A DNA stretch of 62,523 nt, counting the filler, from an uncultured bacterium (GTDB lineage: Bacteria; CAYJOG01), in assembly GCA_964371695.1 (NCBI GenBank). It is 14 parts of 14 records of this genome, joined end to end, with 100 filler letters (N's around TTAATTAATTAA, not from the genome) between each part and the next. Parts side by side here need not be neighbours in the genome. Positions count along the whole stretch, not along the records: positions 49,469 to 53,763 come from CAYJOG010000301.1; positions 53,864 to 58,144 come from CAYJOG010000302.1; positions 58,245 to 62,523 come from CAYJOG010000303.1; 11 more parts are not named here. One strand, 5' to 3'. The translations under genes were made by a program, and so were the position numbers. Shown one piece after another: positions 49,861-61,500 of this stretch. Positions within the stretch are counted from its first letter, which is position 1; every line of letters starts with the position of its first letter. Below the pieces are notes generated by a model. The model was not told where the DNA came from. It searched no databases and saw only the letters and a program-made list of their open reading frames with translations.

Positions 49861-51261
49861 ATGACCGGCGCGCCCGACAGACTTACCTTCACCTTTCCTT
49901 CCCGCGACATTCCCGTAAAGGGGCGCGTGGACGTGCTGGTGCTGGGGGGCGGCGTGACCGGCGTGGTGGCCGCCATTGCCGCCGCACGGGCCGGGGCCAG
50001 CGTGTGTCTGGTGGAGCGCAACAGCCATCTGGGGGGCACTTACACTGCAGCGCACCTGGGCACGGCCATGACCTTTCACGCCAGCAAAGATCACCAGATT
50101 GTGCGAGGCATCGGCGAGGAGCTTTTTCAGGCCATGGGGCCGGAGGGCGGCTTTATTGGCCACCTGCCCGACCCTCTGGGCGTGGTGGCCACCGTCACGC
50201 CCTATGACCCGGAGGTTTACCGCAAAACCGCCGCCGACTGGGTGCGCCGCCACAAGGTGACGGTGCTGCTGCACACCCAGGTGATCGAGGTGATGAAAAT
50301 CAGCGAAAACCTGCGGGGCGTGGTGGTGGCCAACAAAGGTGGTTTACAGGCGCTGGAGGCGAAGTTTTTTATTGACTGCACCGGCGACGGAGACGTGGCC
50401 GCCCAGGCCGGCGTGCCCTTTACCTATGGCGACGGAACCAACGCCCAGCCCATGACCATGCTGTTTCGCGTGGGGGGCATCGACCGGGAAAAAATCTTCA
50501 CTTACATGGAAGAACACCCCGAAGAATTTGTGCTGGCCCACGACCCCGCCACACTGCGCCAGTGGCCCATCATGGCCGTGAGCGGATTTTTCAGCCAGAT
50601 CAACCAGGCCAAAAAAGAGGGCCGCCTGAACGTGCCCCGCGACCGTGTGCTGTTTTTTGAAGGCGTGCGCCCCGGCGAAGCGGTGATGAACATGACCCGC
50701 GTGACGGGCCGCGACGCCACCGACCCCCAGGCGCTTTCGCTGGCCGAAATGGAAGGGCTGGATCAGGCCCACGAGGTGTTCCGGTTTCTGAAACGGGACG
50801 TGCCGGGTTTTGAACAGGCGCGGCTGCTTTCGGTGGCCAGCCACATTGGCGTGCGCGAAACCCGCCACATTCAGGGGCATTACACACTCGACACCGACAC
50901 CATTCTGTCGGCCAAAAAACACGACGACGGCGTGGCCGCCTGCGCCTGGCCCATTGACATCCACAGCCCCACCGGCGCGGGGCTGGTGTGCGAGCCGCTG
51001 CCGCCGGGCAGTTATTACACCATTCCCTGGCGCTGCCTGTTGCCGGTGGGGGCCAACAACCTGCTGGTGGCGGGCCGGTGCATCAGCAGCACCCACGCCG
51101 CCAACGCCAGTTGCCGGGTGACACCCACCTGCATGGCCCTGGGTCAGGCGGCGGGCACCGGCGCGGCGCTGATGGTGAAAAACGGCCTGCGCACCACCAC
51201 AGCGCTGGACGTGGACTATCTGCGCCAACGGCTGAAAATGGACGGCGCGGTGGTGGAATAG
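49861..51261 (+). CDS. FAD-dependent oxidoreductase (FAD_oxidored family)
   Basis: GGG.TG..AA.AAAR.G, IDCTGDGD, GVRETR, NLLVAGRCIS, R..PTCM..GQAAG. Confidence 0.92.
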   Translation: MTGAPDRLTFTFPSRDIPVKGRVDVLVLGGGVTGVVAAIAAARAGASVCLVERNSHLGGTYTAAHLGTAMTFHASKDHQIVRGIGEELFQAMGPEGGFIGHLPDPLGVVATVTPYDPEVYRKTAADWVRRHKVTVLLHTQVIEVMKISENLRGVVVANKGGLQALEAKFFIDCTGDGDVAAQAGVPFTYGDGTNAQPMTMLFRVGGIDREKIFTYMEEHPEEFVLAHDPATLRQWPIMAVSGFFSQINQAKKEGRLNVPRDRVLFFEGVRPGEAVMNMTRVTGRDATDPQALSLAEMEGLDQAHEVFRFLKRDVPGFEQARLLSVASHIGVRETRHIQGHYTLDTDTILSAKKHDDGVAACAWPIDIHSPTGAGLVCEPLPPGSYYTIPWRCLLPVGANNLLVAGRCISSTHAANASCRVTPTCMALGQAAGTGAALMVKNGLRTTTALDVDYLRQRLKMDGAVVE

Positions 51262-51587
51262 ACACAGGAATAGAAAAGCAGAAAAAGTTTTCATAATTCA
51301 GGCGGGCGAGGCCGCCCGCCCCACTGCTGTCTGGTTTACCTGAGTCGCGGCGGTGTCCCCACCGCCGCGGGTGGCAAAAACACCTTATTTGTTAGGGTTG
51401 TTGCGCGGTGCGGACACCGCGCCTACTCCTGTAAAATGAATGAAATCTTGGTTTTTTGACAAAATTCGGCAGCGATGGGCGGGACGCCTGCCCCACTGGA
51501 TTTGGCGCGCCCTATTGAAGTGGGGCGGGGGGGCCCCCCCGCCAAAAGAAACGCCCGGATCCCGCCGGGCGCCTGCCAAAAAACATA

Positions 51588-53072
51588 TTAAGCACAAAAC
51601 CCACAGCCCGATAGGTTGCGCATTTTCAGCTTGCCGGGGGCCAGCACATAACGCAGGCGGAAGCTGATGGGTTTGCGCTGGTTGGACAGGTCCACATCGG
51701 GCATTTTGCGCGACAGGGCGATGGCCAGATTGTTGCGGGCGTCGATGCGGGTGGGGTCCAGGTCCAGCGCGCGCCGGTAACCCTGAATGGCCTTGTCGTA
51801 TTGCGCCAACTGGTCATACATCACACCGATGTTGAAATAGGATTCGGGATCAATGGGGCTCAGGCGGCTCACGGTGAGCCACTCGCGCAGGCTGCTGTCG
51901 TACATGCCCCGCTGGGCATACACCACACCCAGGTTGGTGTGGGATTTGATGTAGTTGCGACTGATCTGCAGCGACCGTTGCCAACTGCGGATGGCGTCTT
52001 CAATCAGGCCCTTCTGGGCATAGGCCACACCCAGGTTGTTGTAATCCGAGGCGTCGCCGCCGGTCTGGGCAATGATTTTCTTGAACTCATCCAGAGCGAG
52101 GTCGTATTTGAACTTCTTGAGATAGGCCACACCCAGGCTGAAGCGGGCCTGCTCAAAGTTCGGCAGGATTTCCACCGATTTTTGCCACGCCCGGATGGCG
52201 TTGTCGGTGTCGCCGATTTTCATGTACACCGCGCCCAGGTTGTAATAACTGGTGTAGTCGCTGGGCTTGAGGGCCAGGGTTTTCTGAAAGTGGCGGATGC
52301 TGGCGTCGTAGTCCTTCACCATGGCCTCGGCCACGGCCAGATTATAAATGGCCAGGGCGTTTTCCGGGTCCAGGTCCACAGCCTTCTGCAACTCGGAGAT
52401 GCCCCCGTCCATCAGGCCCCGCTTGATGTAGGAAACCCCCAGGTTGTAGCGCAGTTCCGGGTCTGACGGGTTCAGCTCCACCGCCTGTTGCAGGTGCTGA
52501 ATGGCCTGATTGAGGGGCGAAAGAGGGTCATCCCCCAGAATCCGCTCGGTGGTGTAAATGGGTTTGAAGTCTTCCACCAGCAGGTCCGGCTCTTCGGTCA
52601 CGCTGGGGCCGCCCTGGTTTTCGCGGGAAACCCGCAGGTTGTTGGCGGCTTTTTCGTAGCTGGGGTCAATTTTCAGCGAGACTTCCCACTCGGCGATGGC
52701 GCGGGCGGTTTCACCCCGTTTGTAATAGGCCACCCCCAGGTTGTTGTGGGCGTCGAGGTTTTCGGGGTTGTAGCGGATGGACTGCTGATAGTGGTTGATG
52801 GCGCTGGTGAGGTCGCCTTTTTCGTCATAGGCGATGCCCAGGTTGTTGTGTACGTCGCTGTCGTTGGGCGACATGCCCAAGGCTTTCTGGAACACCGCAA
52901 TGGCGGCGTCCACTTCTCCCCGGCTGAAAAGGTCCACGCCCTGGTTGTTCAACACCCGTGGGTCTGAGGCGCTGTCCGACATTTCCGCCCGCACCACAGG
53001 GGTGGTGACCGTTGGAATGGCGAGCGCCGCTGTCAGGGCGCACAGAAGAATGGTGCGGGATGTGAGCTTCAC
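51588..53072 (-). CDS. Secreted multi-TPR protein
   Basis: Signal peptide; about 11 canonical NNLG.AY TPRs. Confidence 0.92.
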   Translation of the reverse strand: MKLTSRTILLCALTAALAIPTVTTPVVRAEMSDSASDPRVLNNQGVDLFSRGEVDAAIAVFQKALGMSPNDSDVHNNLGIAYDEKGDLTSAINHYQQSIRYNPENLDAHNNLGVAYYKRGETARAIAEWEVSLKIDPSYEKAANNLRVSRENQGGPSVTEEPDLLVEDFKPIYTTERILGDDPLSPLNQAIQHLQQAVELNPSDPELRYNLGVSYIKRGLMDGGISELQKAVDLDPENALAIYNLAVAEAMVKDYDASIRHFQKTLALKPSDYTSYYNLGAVYMKIGDTDNAIRAWQKSVEILPNFEQARFSLGVAYLKKFKYDLALDEFKKIIAQTGGDASDYNNLGVAYAQKGLIEDAIRSWQRSLQISRNYIKSHTNLGVVYAQRGMYDSSLREWLTVSRLSPIDPESYFNIGVMYDQLAQYDKAIQGYRRALDLDPTRIDARNNLAIALSRKMPDVDLSNQRKPISFRLRYVLAPGKLKMRNLSGCGFCA

Positions 53073-53381
53073 GCAAATGTGGCCGTCATTGTAGGAAGGG
53101 CCAGAAGGGTTATCAAGCTGACGAATTTCATGGCCGGGGGAATGACGGCTTCTCCTTTCACGATTTGGCCCGTGGGGCGCGCCACAGACTAGCAGAGTGC
53201 CGCGCCGGAGAAAACAAGGTTATTGGGGAGCATTTTCGGAAAGGGCCGACCATTGGCGGGATTTCATGTCCAAACCTTGAGGAACCCGCCGTGGTTACCG
53301 CGCAAACCGGGGTGCACTTTTTTTTTTAATTTTTAATNNNNNNNNNNTACCCGCTAATGCGGAAATCCTTTTTTTTATAAA

Positions 53382-53763
53382 TCAAAAAGCTAAAACACCT
53401 TTTTTTTTTCTTTTTGCCGGGATACCGGGTTTCGGGGTATTGACGCCTTCCTGAATCAGTCCCCCGGCATACGCCACAGGCGGCGTCAGTCCCATCAGCG
53501 TCATCACCGTGGCCGCCACCTGACTCAACACGCCACCCTCTTTTTGCAGCACCAGCCCCGGCGGGCCATTAACCACAATCAGGGGCACCAGATTGGTGGT
53601 GTGGGCCGTGTGGGGCGCGCCGGTCACCGGGTCCACCATCTGCTCGGCGTTGCCGTGATCCGCCGTCACCACCAGCGTATAACCCATTTCCTGCACCAAT
53701 GTTTCCACGCGCTCGGCCAGGAATTCGTCCACCGCCAGCCCCGCCTGGGGGGCGGCCTGGGGG
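53382..53763 (-). CDS. gpmI: 2,3-bisphosphoglycerate-independent phosphoglycerate mutase, C-terminal fragment
   Basis: VTADHGNAE.M.D..TG.PHTAHTTN.VP; ends in low-quality sequence. Confidence 0.85.
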
Positions 53764-53863
53764 NNNNNNNNNNNNNNNNNNNNNNNNNNNNNNNNNNNNN
53801 NNNNNNNTTAATTAATTAANNNNNNNNNNNNNNNNNNNNNNNNNNNNNNNNNNNNNNNNNNNN

Positions 53864-56800
53864 GCTGGCGGGGGGGCGGTTGCTGGGGTTGGTGTGGCTG
53901 TGGTTGTCGGTGGCGGGGGGGGTGGGTTGCCTGCTCAGTCTGGCCCTGCTGGTTCCTGCGTCCGGGGCCTTGGTCGTCAGACTGGTGGTGGCGCTGGGCT
54001 TGTCTGGTCTGGTGTTGGTTTTGGGTTGGGTGGTTTGGCGAACGGGGCGTTTGTCCTGGTCGCTGTCGGCTTTGGCCGGGGAGCTTGAAAAACGCCACGC
54101 GGTGCTGATGAACCAGATCAGCGCGTCTGTGGCCAGCGGCAATCTATCGCAGGCGCAGGAAGCCGCCCGGCGGTTGTCGGCTTTGTCCGAGCCGTTCTGG
54201 CCCCTCCTCAAAACCCCTTTTGTGGCTGCGGTGTTTTTGTGTCTGCTGGCCCTGGGGCCGGGGGGGTGGGGCACCCCCGGCAGGCCGCTGCAAAAACTCA
54301 ACGCGGCGCTCTATCCTCCCGCCGAGCCGGTGCTTGGTTTTTTTGACCTTTATGAAGTCAAGCCCGGCCCGCTTCAAACCCCTTTTGGCGCAAAAGTCGT
54401 TTTGCGTCTTGTCAAAAAACATCCCCGCGCCAAGGCCACAGAGGCCACCCTGTATCGCCTCAATCAGGGCCTGCCCCGCCAGGACAACGTGCCGTTTGTA
54501 AAGGATCAGGCGATGTTCACCATTGACCGGGCCACCGAAAATTTCAGTTACGCCTTTGAGGCGGAAGGGCTGCGCAGCCCGCTTTATTCCGTGGTGGTGC
54601 ATTTCAATCCCCGGTTGGTTTCTCTGGCGGCCACGGTGATTTATCCCGCGTATCTGCACCGCCCCCCCGCTGCCGTGGACCTGAATACACCAGAGCTTTT
54701 TGTGCCTGTAGACGCCCGCCTGCGGTTTGAAGGCGCGGCGGACAGGTCCCTTAAAAAAGCTTGGATCAAAGCAGAGGACAAACCCGTTAAATCCCTCTCT
54801 GTTAAAGGGGCGACATTTTCCGGCGAGGTGATGGTCAAACGGGAAATAAGCCTGGGACTGCTTTTTGAAACCCAGGAAGGTCAGCGGTTTGCCGAAGTCC
54901 GGAAGCTGAAAATAAGGCTGCTGCAGGACACGCCGCCCACCATCACCGCACTCAGCCCCGGCGATGGCCTGGAGGTGGTGGAGAGTTTTCCGGTGGAGGT
55001 GTTTTATCTGGCGCAGGATGACCACGCCGTGAGTGGTGTGTCGTTGTGGGCGGGCGCTGGCGAGGGCCTGCGCACCGTGGCCCAGGCGGGCCACGGCACA
55101 CCCAATGCGCGGGGCAGCCTGATGCTGCCGCTGGCGCAGTTTTTTCCCCGTGGCGCAAGTGGCGTGCTGCGCTGGAAGCTCACCGCCCGCGACAGCCGCG
55201 GGCAGACGGCCAGCACGCCCGTTTTTTCGCTGCGGGTGCTCTCGCCCCAGGAACTCAAAACCAAGGTAGAGGAACTGGCTAACGAGTCTGACAAAGCCAT
55301 GGAGGTTTTTGAATCCGCCCAGCAGGACCTGAAAAAAACCCTGGAGGATTTGCAGAAAAAAGCGCGCCAAGGAAAAAAGCTGAGCGCCGATGACCGCCTG
55401 CGCCTGAAACAGGAAATACAGCACCAGCAGTCTTCACTCAAGGACATGAAGCAACTGGAAGAAAAACTCACCGACGCCGAAGACAAACTCTCCGACACCC
55501 CCAAGGTGGATCAGGAAGTGGTGCGGCGCATCCAGCAGGTCAGGCGGGCCATCAATCAGGTGCTCAGCCCGGAACTGCAAAAGATGCTGGCCGCCCTGCA
55601 GAAAGCCATGGCCGACATGCCCCCCCAGCAAATGGCCCAGGCCCTGCAACAGGCCATGCAGGATCAACAAAAACTGCTTCAGGCCCTGGATAAAACCCTG
55701 GCCCAGCTCAAGACCCTGCGCCAGCAGCAATTGGTGTCTCAAACCGAGCGGGAACTGAAAGACCTCATGAACGAACAGGCGGCCATGCAGAAAAAACTGA
55801 ACGCAGGGGCCGACCCGAAAAAGCTGGCGCAAAAACAAAAAGCCCTCGGCGAGCGCATTCGCCGCACCGAAGAAAACCTGCGTGAAATCGGCGCCATCGC
55901 CCAGGATCAACTGACGCTCCACGAACTGCGGCATTTGCCCGAACAGGTGGACAAGGCGGCCATGGGTGAAAAGTCGGACGACGCCGCCTCGGCCATGGAC
56001 AAAAACCAGCCCGCCCAGGCCAAGCAACAGGGGCAGGAACTTTCTAAACAACTGGCGCAGTTTCACAAACAGTTGCAGCAGGCCTCCGCAGGCATGCAGG
56101 CGCGGATGCAGAAAACCATTCAGGCGCTGGTTTACCGCCTGGCCATGGACGCCCTGCAACTGAGCCAGCAGCAGGAGGAAGTTCTGGAAAAAAGCACCGC
56201 TGAGGCTTACCGGCCTCCGGTGCAGAAAAAACTGCTGGTGCGCGAGCAGGTGTCCATGGGCGAAAAGTTGAACGGCCTGAGTGATGAAATGGCTGAACTG
56301 GTGCGCGCCTCGCTGGAGGCCCCCATGGACTGGCTGGCGCTCACCCATGACCTCATTCACCAGAACCAGGACGCCAAGGTGGCGGCGGACAATCAGGATT
56401 TTGGCCGCTCCCACTATCTGCTTCAAAGCAACATTCAGACCCTCAACGCCTTGGCGCGGGATCTGTTGGCCAAGTCCTCTTCCATGTCCGGCGGCGGCCA
56501 GGGCGGCAACATGGAGCAGTATCTGGAGCGCCTGGGGCAGGTGGCCGCCATGCAGCAGCAGCTCAACCGGGCCGGACAAAAGTCTTCTCCCATGGGGGCG
56601 CCGGGCATGTTGGACATGCTTGAACAGATGACCCAGGGCCAGGGCCAAGTGCGCCAGGAACTGGAAAAAATGATGGGCCAGTTCAAGGATTTCAAGGAGA
56701 TGAACCAGAAGGTGAACGAGGTGCTCAAGCAGGTGGAGGAAGTGCAGAAGGCGCTCTCCTCAGGGGATTATTCCAGCCGGGTGAAAAGTCGGCAGGAGAA

Positions 56801-57047
56801 CATTCACAAACGCCTGTTGCAGCTTCAGACCGCCCTGAAAAAACAGGAGGAAAAGGAAAAACGCAAAGGAGAGCGGGCCAGGGTTTTCAAAACCACGCCC
56901 CCCGGCGCGCTGGAAGCGGGCAAGCGGCTGCCGTTTTCGCTTCAGGAACTTTTGCAGCGTCTCCAGACCGATCCCTATCCCCGCGAATACCAGCAGGAAA
57001 TTCGCACCTATTACCAGAACCTGCTGCGGGCGCAGCAGCGCCGGTGA
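53864..57047 (+). CDS. DUF4175-like large membrane protein (Ig-like middle, long Gln-rich coiled coil; 5' truncated)
   Basis: N-terminal TMs, P.Y, D.PP.I, A.DD..V, long heptad region, C-terminal P.EY...I..YY..L. Confidence 0.75.
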
Positions 57048-57062
57048 AGGGGCAAAAAATCG

Positions 57063-58144
57063 GTGCCGGAAAAACTCGAAATCAAACTGGCCGTGCTGAG
57101 CGCCCTGTGCCGCGCCCATGTCACGCTGCTGGAAATCAACGAAGCCGAGGCCCAGGTGCTGGCTCAAAGCCCCCTTGCGCCCGACTTGCCCGGCCTGGCC
57201 CACGAGCGGCCCACCCTGTCGCTCAAGCGTTATCCCGTGGTGGCGCTGGCCCACAAAAGGCGTTGGCTGGTGCAGGGGCCTTATGGCGTGCTGGAAGACA
57301 ACCTGCCCATTCAGCAAAGCGCCCTGCCTGCCCGCACGGGGCCGGGGCCGGGGCAGGTGCTGCTGCTGGAGCGCTCCCTCACCCATCAGCCCGGCAAGGG
57401 GTTGTGGCTGGGCAAACGCGCACTCCTCAAACGGTTGTGGCGAGAATCCCTGAACGGTCTGTTTGACCGGCGGTTGCTGTTTCGCCTGCCCACCTGCCCG
57501 GTGGGGTTGGTGGTGTTTGAACAGGGCAAGGTGACGGGGAGTGACTTTCTGGCGCGGCGGATGCTGCAGCGGGTGCTGGGCCGCAACATGCCGATGGAGC
57601 CGCTTCTGGAGGACAGTTTTTATGAATCCCTGGGGGTGCCCTTTGAGCACAGTGGCCTTTGGGCAGTGCGCCAGACGGTGATGCACACGCCCCCCGGTTT
57701 CACCACCCTCACGCTGGTACGGCTGGAATCTGACCGCACGCTTTTGCTGGTGAGCCAGCGACCCGAAGGCCCCGCCGCCTTGCCGGGTGTGCAGTTGCGC
57801 GAAAAATACGTTCAGGAAATTCACCACCGGGTGAAGAACAACTTTCAGATGGCCGCCAGCCTGCTGCGCATGCAAATGCGGCAATATAAAGATGACCCTC
57901 GCATTGTTGAGGCCCTTGGGGCGGCGGTGTCGCGCCTGGGCAGCCTGACGGCGGTCTACGACGCCCTGAGTCAGGAGGGAACGCAGACGGTGCATCTGCC
58001 GGGACTGTTCCGTGAACTGGCGGGGGGTGTGATGCGGGGCGGCACAGGAGGGGAAGCCCAGGTGAATGTGTTGTGCGAAGTGGCCTATGCGCCTTCTGAT
58101 CTTGCGATCAAGCTGGCGCTGCTGGTGAACGAACTGCTGAGCAA
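57063..58144 (+). CDS. Sensor histidine kinase, HisKA_2 type (3' truncated)
   Basis: EIHHRVKNNFQ..ASLL, LAL.VNEL. Confidence 0.88.
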
Positions 58145-58580
58145 NNNNNNNNNNNNNNNNNNNNNNNNNNNNNNNNNNNNNNNNNNNNTTAATTAATTAA
58201 NNNNNNNNNNNNNNNNNNNNNNNNNNNNNNNNNNNNNNNNNNNNGCGGCTGGGTGCCCCAATGGGCACCCAGAAAGACTCCGCTCGAACTGCCGGGAGTG
58301 TCAACCGCGCCAGCGGCGCGCCCCTTGCAACCTCCCCTTCATTCCCCTTAAAAATATCTGTTTTGTGCCGCCTTCGGCGGTTTTTTATTCTCCCGGCGAG
58401 ACGCCGGGGCTACAGATAGACCTGACAACAATGGGCCAGTCCCCCCACCTTGTTCATACAAAGTCAGCAGCCCTGGGTGAAAAAGATGTCAATGCTGTCC
58501 GGAAATGTTAAGATGCAAACGGTTAAGTGCATCGTGACATAGGTCTAAAGTGGCCCTCTGCTTTTTTAAAAGGCGTGGGA

Positions 58581-61500
58581 ATGTGGGTGTTGCTGTGCGC
58601 CTTGTTGGTTTTTTCACGAGACGCGGGGGCCTATGTTTGTGATTTTGACGCCTCCGGGGCGGTGTCTCCCACATCAGCCGATGTCGAGGTGTTTCTTGAA
58701 GAAATTCTGAACGGCCCGGACCTGTGTGCAGGCCGCAACTGCGACCTGAACGGCGACGGCCGGGGGCCCGACGTGGGCGACCTGGAAATCCTCATTCACC
58801 TGAGCAGTGGCGAGGACAGCAGCGCCTGCGAACCGCTGGGTGTGGCCCAGGCGCCGCCGGTGGTTTCCGAATCCACACCGGTGGCGTCGCCCCCTGCTTC
58901 TCCAACGTTGAGCGATGGGGCAGATCAGTCCCTGGTCGTGAATATGGGGGAGGCCTTCAGTGCGCCTCTTGTCAGTGCGGGGGTGGAACTGATTTCGGTG
59001 GATGGGGCGCTGCCTGCCGGTGTGGAAGTGGTGGGGGGGGTGTTGTCGGGCACGCCCCAGAGTGGTGGTGTGTTTTCGTTGCAGGTGGTGACAGGCAACA
59101 GCCTGATGCAACTGGCCTGGGCCTTTACCCTCACGGTGCGCCGACCGCCGGTGCTGGCGGCCATATCCTCGCCCATGTTGGCCAATCAGGGCGTGGCTTT
59201 CAGCCAGTCTTTTACGGCCTCAGACCCCGATGCCGATGTGTTGACCTGGAGCCNNNNNNNNNNNNNNNNNNNNNNNNNNNNNNNNNNNNNNNNNNNNNNN
59301 NNNNNNNNNNNNNNNNNNNNNNNNNNNNNNNNNNNNNNNNNNNNNNNNNNNNNTGAGCGGCGCACTGCCCACGGGTGTGAGTTTTGCGGCGGGCCAGTTG
59401 TCGGGCACACCCCAGGCAGGCGGAATGTTTCCTCTCACGGTGGCCGTGGGTGATGGTGTGTTCACGGTTTCCCAAGCGGTTCAGCTTGAGGTGAACCGAC
59501 CACCTGTGCTGGCGGCCATATCCTCGCCGATGTCGGCCCATCAGGGCATGGCGCTCAGCCAGTCCTTCACGGCCACAGACCCAGACGGAGACACACTGAT
59601 CTGGAGCCTGAGCGGCGCACTGCCCACGGGTGTGAGTTTTGCGGCGGGCCAGTTGTCGGGCACGCCCCAGACGGGGGGGCTGTTTCCCCTCACCGTGGCC
59701 GTGAGTGATGGTGCGCTCACAGTCTCACAGACTGTTCAGCTTGAGGTAAACCAGCCGCCTGTGTTGGGGGCCATTTCCTCGCCGGTGCTGGCCCATCATG
59801 GCGTGGCGCTCAGCCAGTCCTTCACGGCCACGGATGCCGATGGGGACACCCTGACCTGGAGCTTGAGCGGCAACCTGCCCACGGGCGTGAGTTTTGCCGC
59901 AGGCCAGTTGTCGGGCACGCCCCAGGTGGGGGGGGTGTTCCCCTTCACCCTGTCGGTGAGTGACGGCGTGTTGAGCGCCACCGCCTCGGCGCAGCTTGTT
60001 GTCAATCATCCGCCGGTGCTGGCGGCGAATTCTGGTTCTTTTAACCTGATGACTGGCCAGCCCTTTGCGGTGAGTTTTTCAGCCTCTGACGCCGATGGGG
60101 ATGCCCTCGTCTGGAGCCTGACCGGCAGCCTGCCCGCCGGTTTGAGTTTTTCGGCGGGTGTGTTGTCGGGTGTGCCCACCGCAGCGGGCAGTTTTGCCCT
60201 GGCCGTGGAGGTGAGTGACGGCATGCAGGCGGTTTCGGCGGGGTTTGTGCTGGATGTGAGCACGGTGGTTCCCGCCAGTCTGGCGCTCGTCAGTCCCTTG
60301 GCGGGTGCGGTGCTCAGCCAGAGTCAGCCGGTGCTGTCGGTGGTGCTCACCCAGGGCAACGGGGCTGGATTTGCCGTGGCTCAGGCCCAGTTGTGGTTGG
60401 GGGGCAGTGAGGTGTCTGCCTCGGTGGCGGCGGCGGGAAACACCTGGAGCCTCTCGCCCGTGACACCCCTCACCGATGGCCCCTTTACAGCGCAGGTGGT
60501 GCTGGTGAACTCCGAAAGCCAGACCTTGAGCGTGGACCTTTCTTTTTCGGTGGACACCGTGGCCAGCATCACGGGGCTGTCGGTGAGCGCCGCCACAGAC
60601 CCGGTGCAGGCCGGTGCTCAGGTGCTGGTGACGCTTGCGGCGGCTGAGTCGGGCAGCGCCGCCGGGGCGGGTTTTTCTACCGGCGAGACCCTGGCCCTGA
60701 CTGACAACGGCCTGGGCGCCGACGCTCTGGCGGGCGACCATGTTTTTTCGGGTTATTACGCTGTGACGGGTGCGACACCGGTGGGCGGTGTGAGTGTGTC
60801 GGGGTTTCTGACAGACAGCCTGGGCAACACCACGGCCTATGGCGGTGTGTCCCCATCTTTCACCGTGGCGGCCCTGGGGCGTGTGCTGGGCAGCGTGGCC
60901 AGACAGACGGTGGGCGGGGCAGACGGCGTGACGCTCACCCTGTCCAGCAGCCAGGCCGGATGGACGCCCCCCACCCTCAGCGCCGACGCCTTGGGCAATT
61001 ATGTGTTTGAGAATCTGTTGACAGGGGAATATCAGGTCACCGCCACCCATCCCCAGTTTGGCCTCACGGCTTCGGAAGTCATCACCCTGCCCGTGGCGCA
61101 GGACGTGACGCTGGGCCTTTTGACGGTGCCCGACAGCACCGCCCCGTCGCTTTCCGAAACAGGGGGTTTGTCTGGTGCCGTGGTCAGTCAGTCTTCGCCG
61201 GTGATGTCGTTTGTGGCAAGCGACGGGGGGGTGGGAATCTCGCCCGCCGGACCCCAGTTGTGGCTGGACAGCACCCCCCAGGCAGCCCCCATCCCGACGG
61301 GGGGGGATGGATACAGTTTCACACCCGCCGCGCCTTTGGCGGATGGCCCCCACACCGTGCTGGTGCAGGCGGCGGATGACGCGGGCAACACGGGTGAAGT
61401 TTCTTTTTCATTCACGGTGGACACCACCGCCCTGCCGGTGTCGCTCACCGAAAACACGGGCGGCGCGGTGCTGAACGTGGGCAGCACGGTGCATTTTTCG

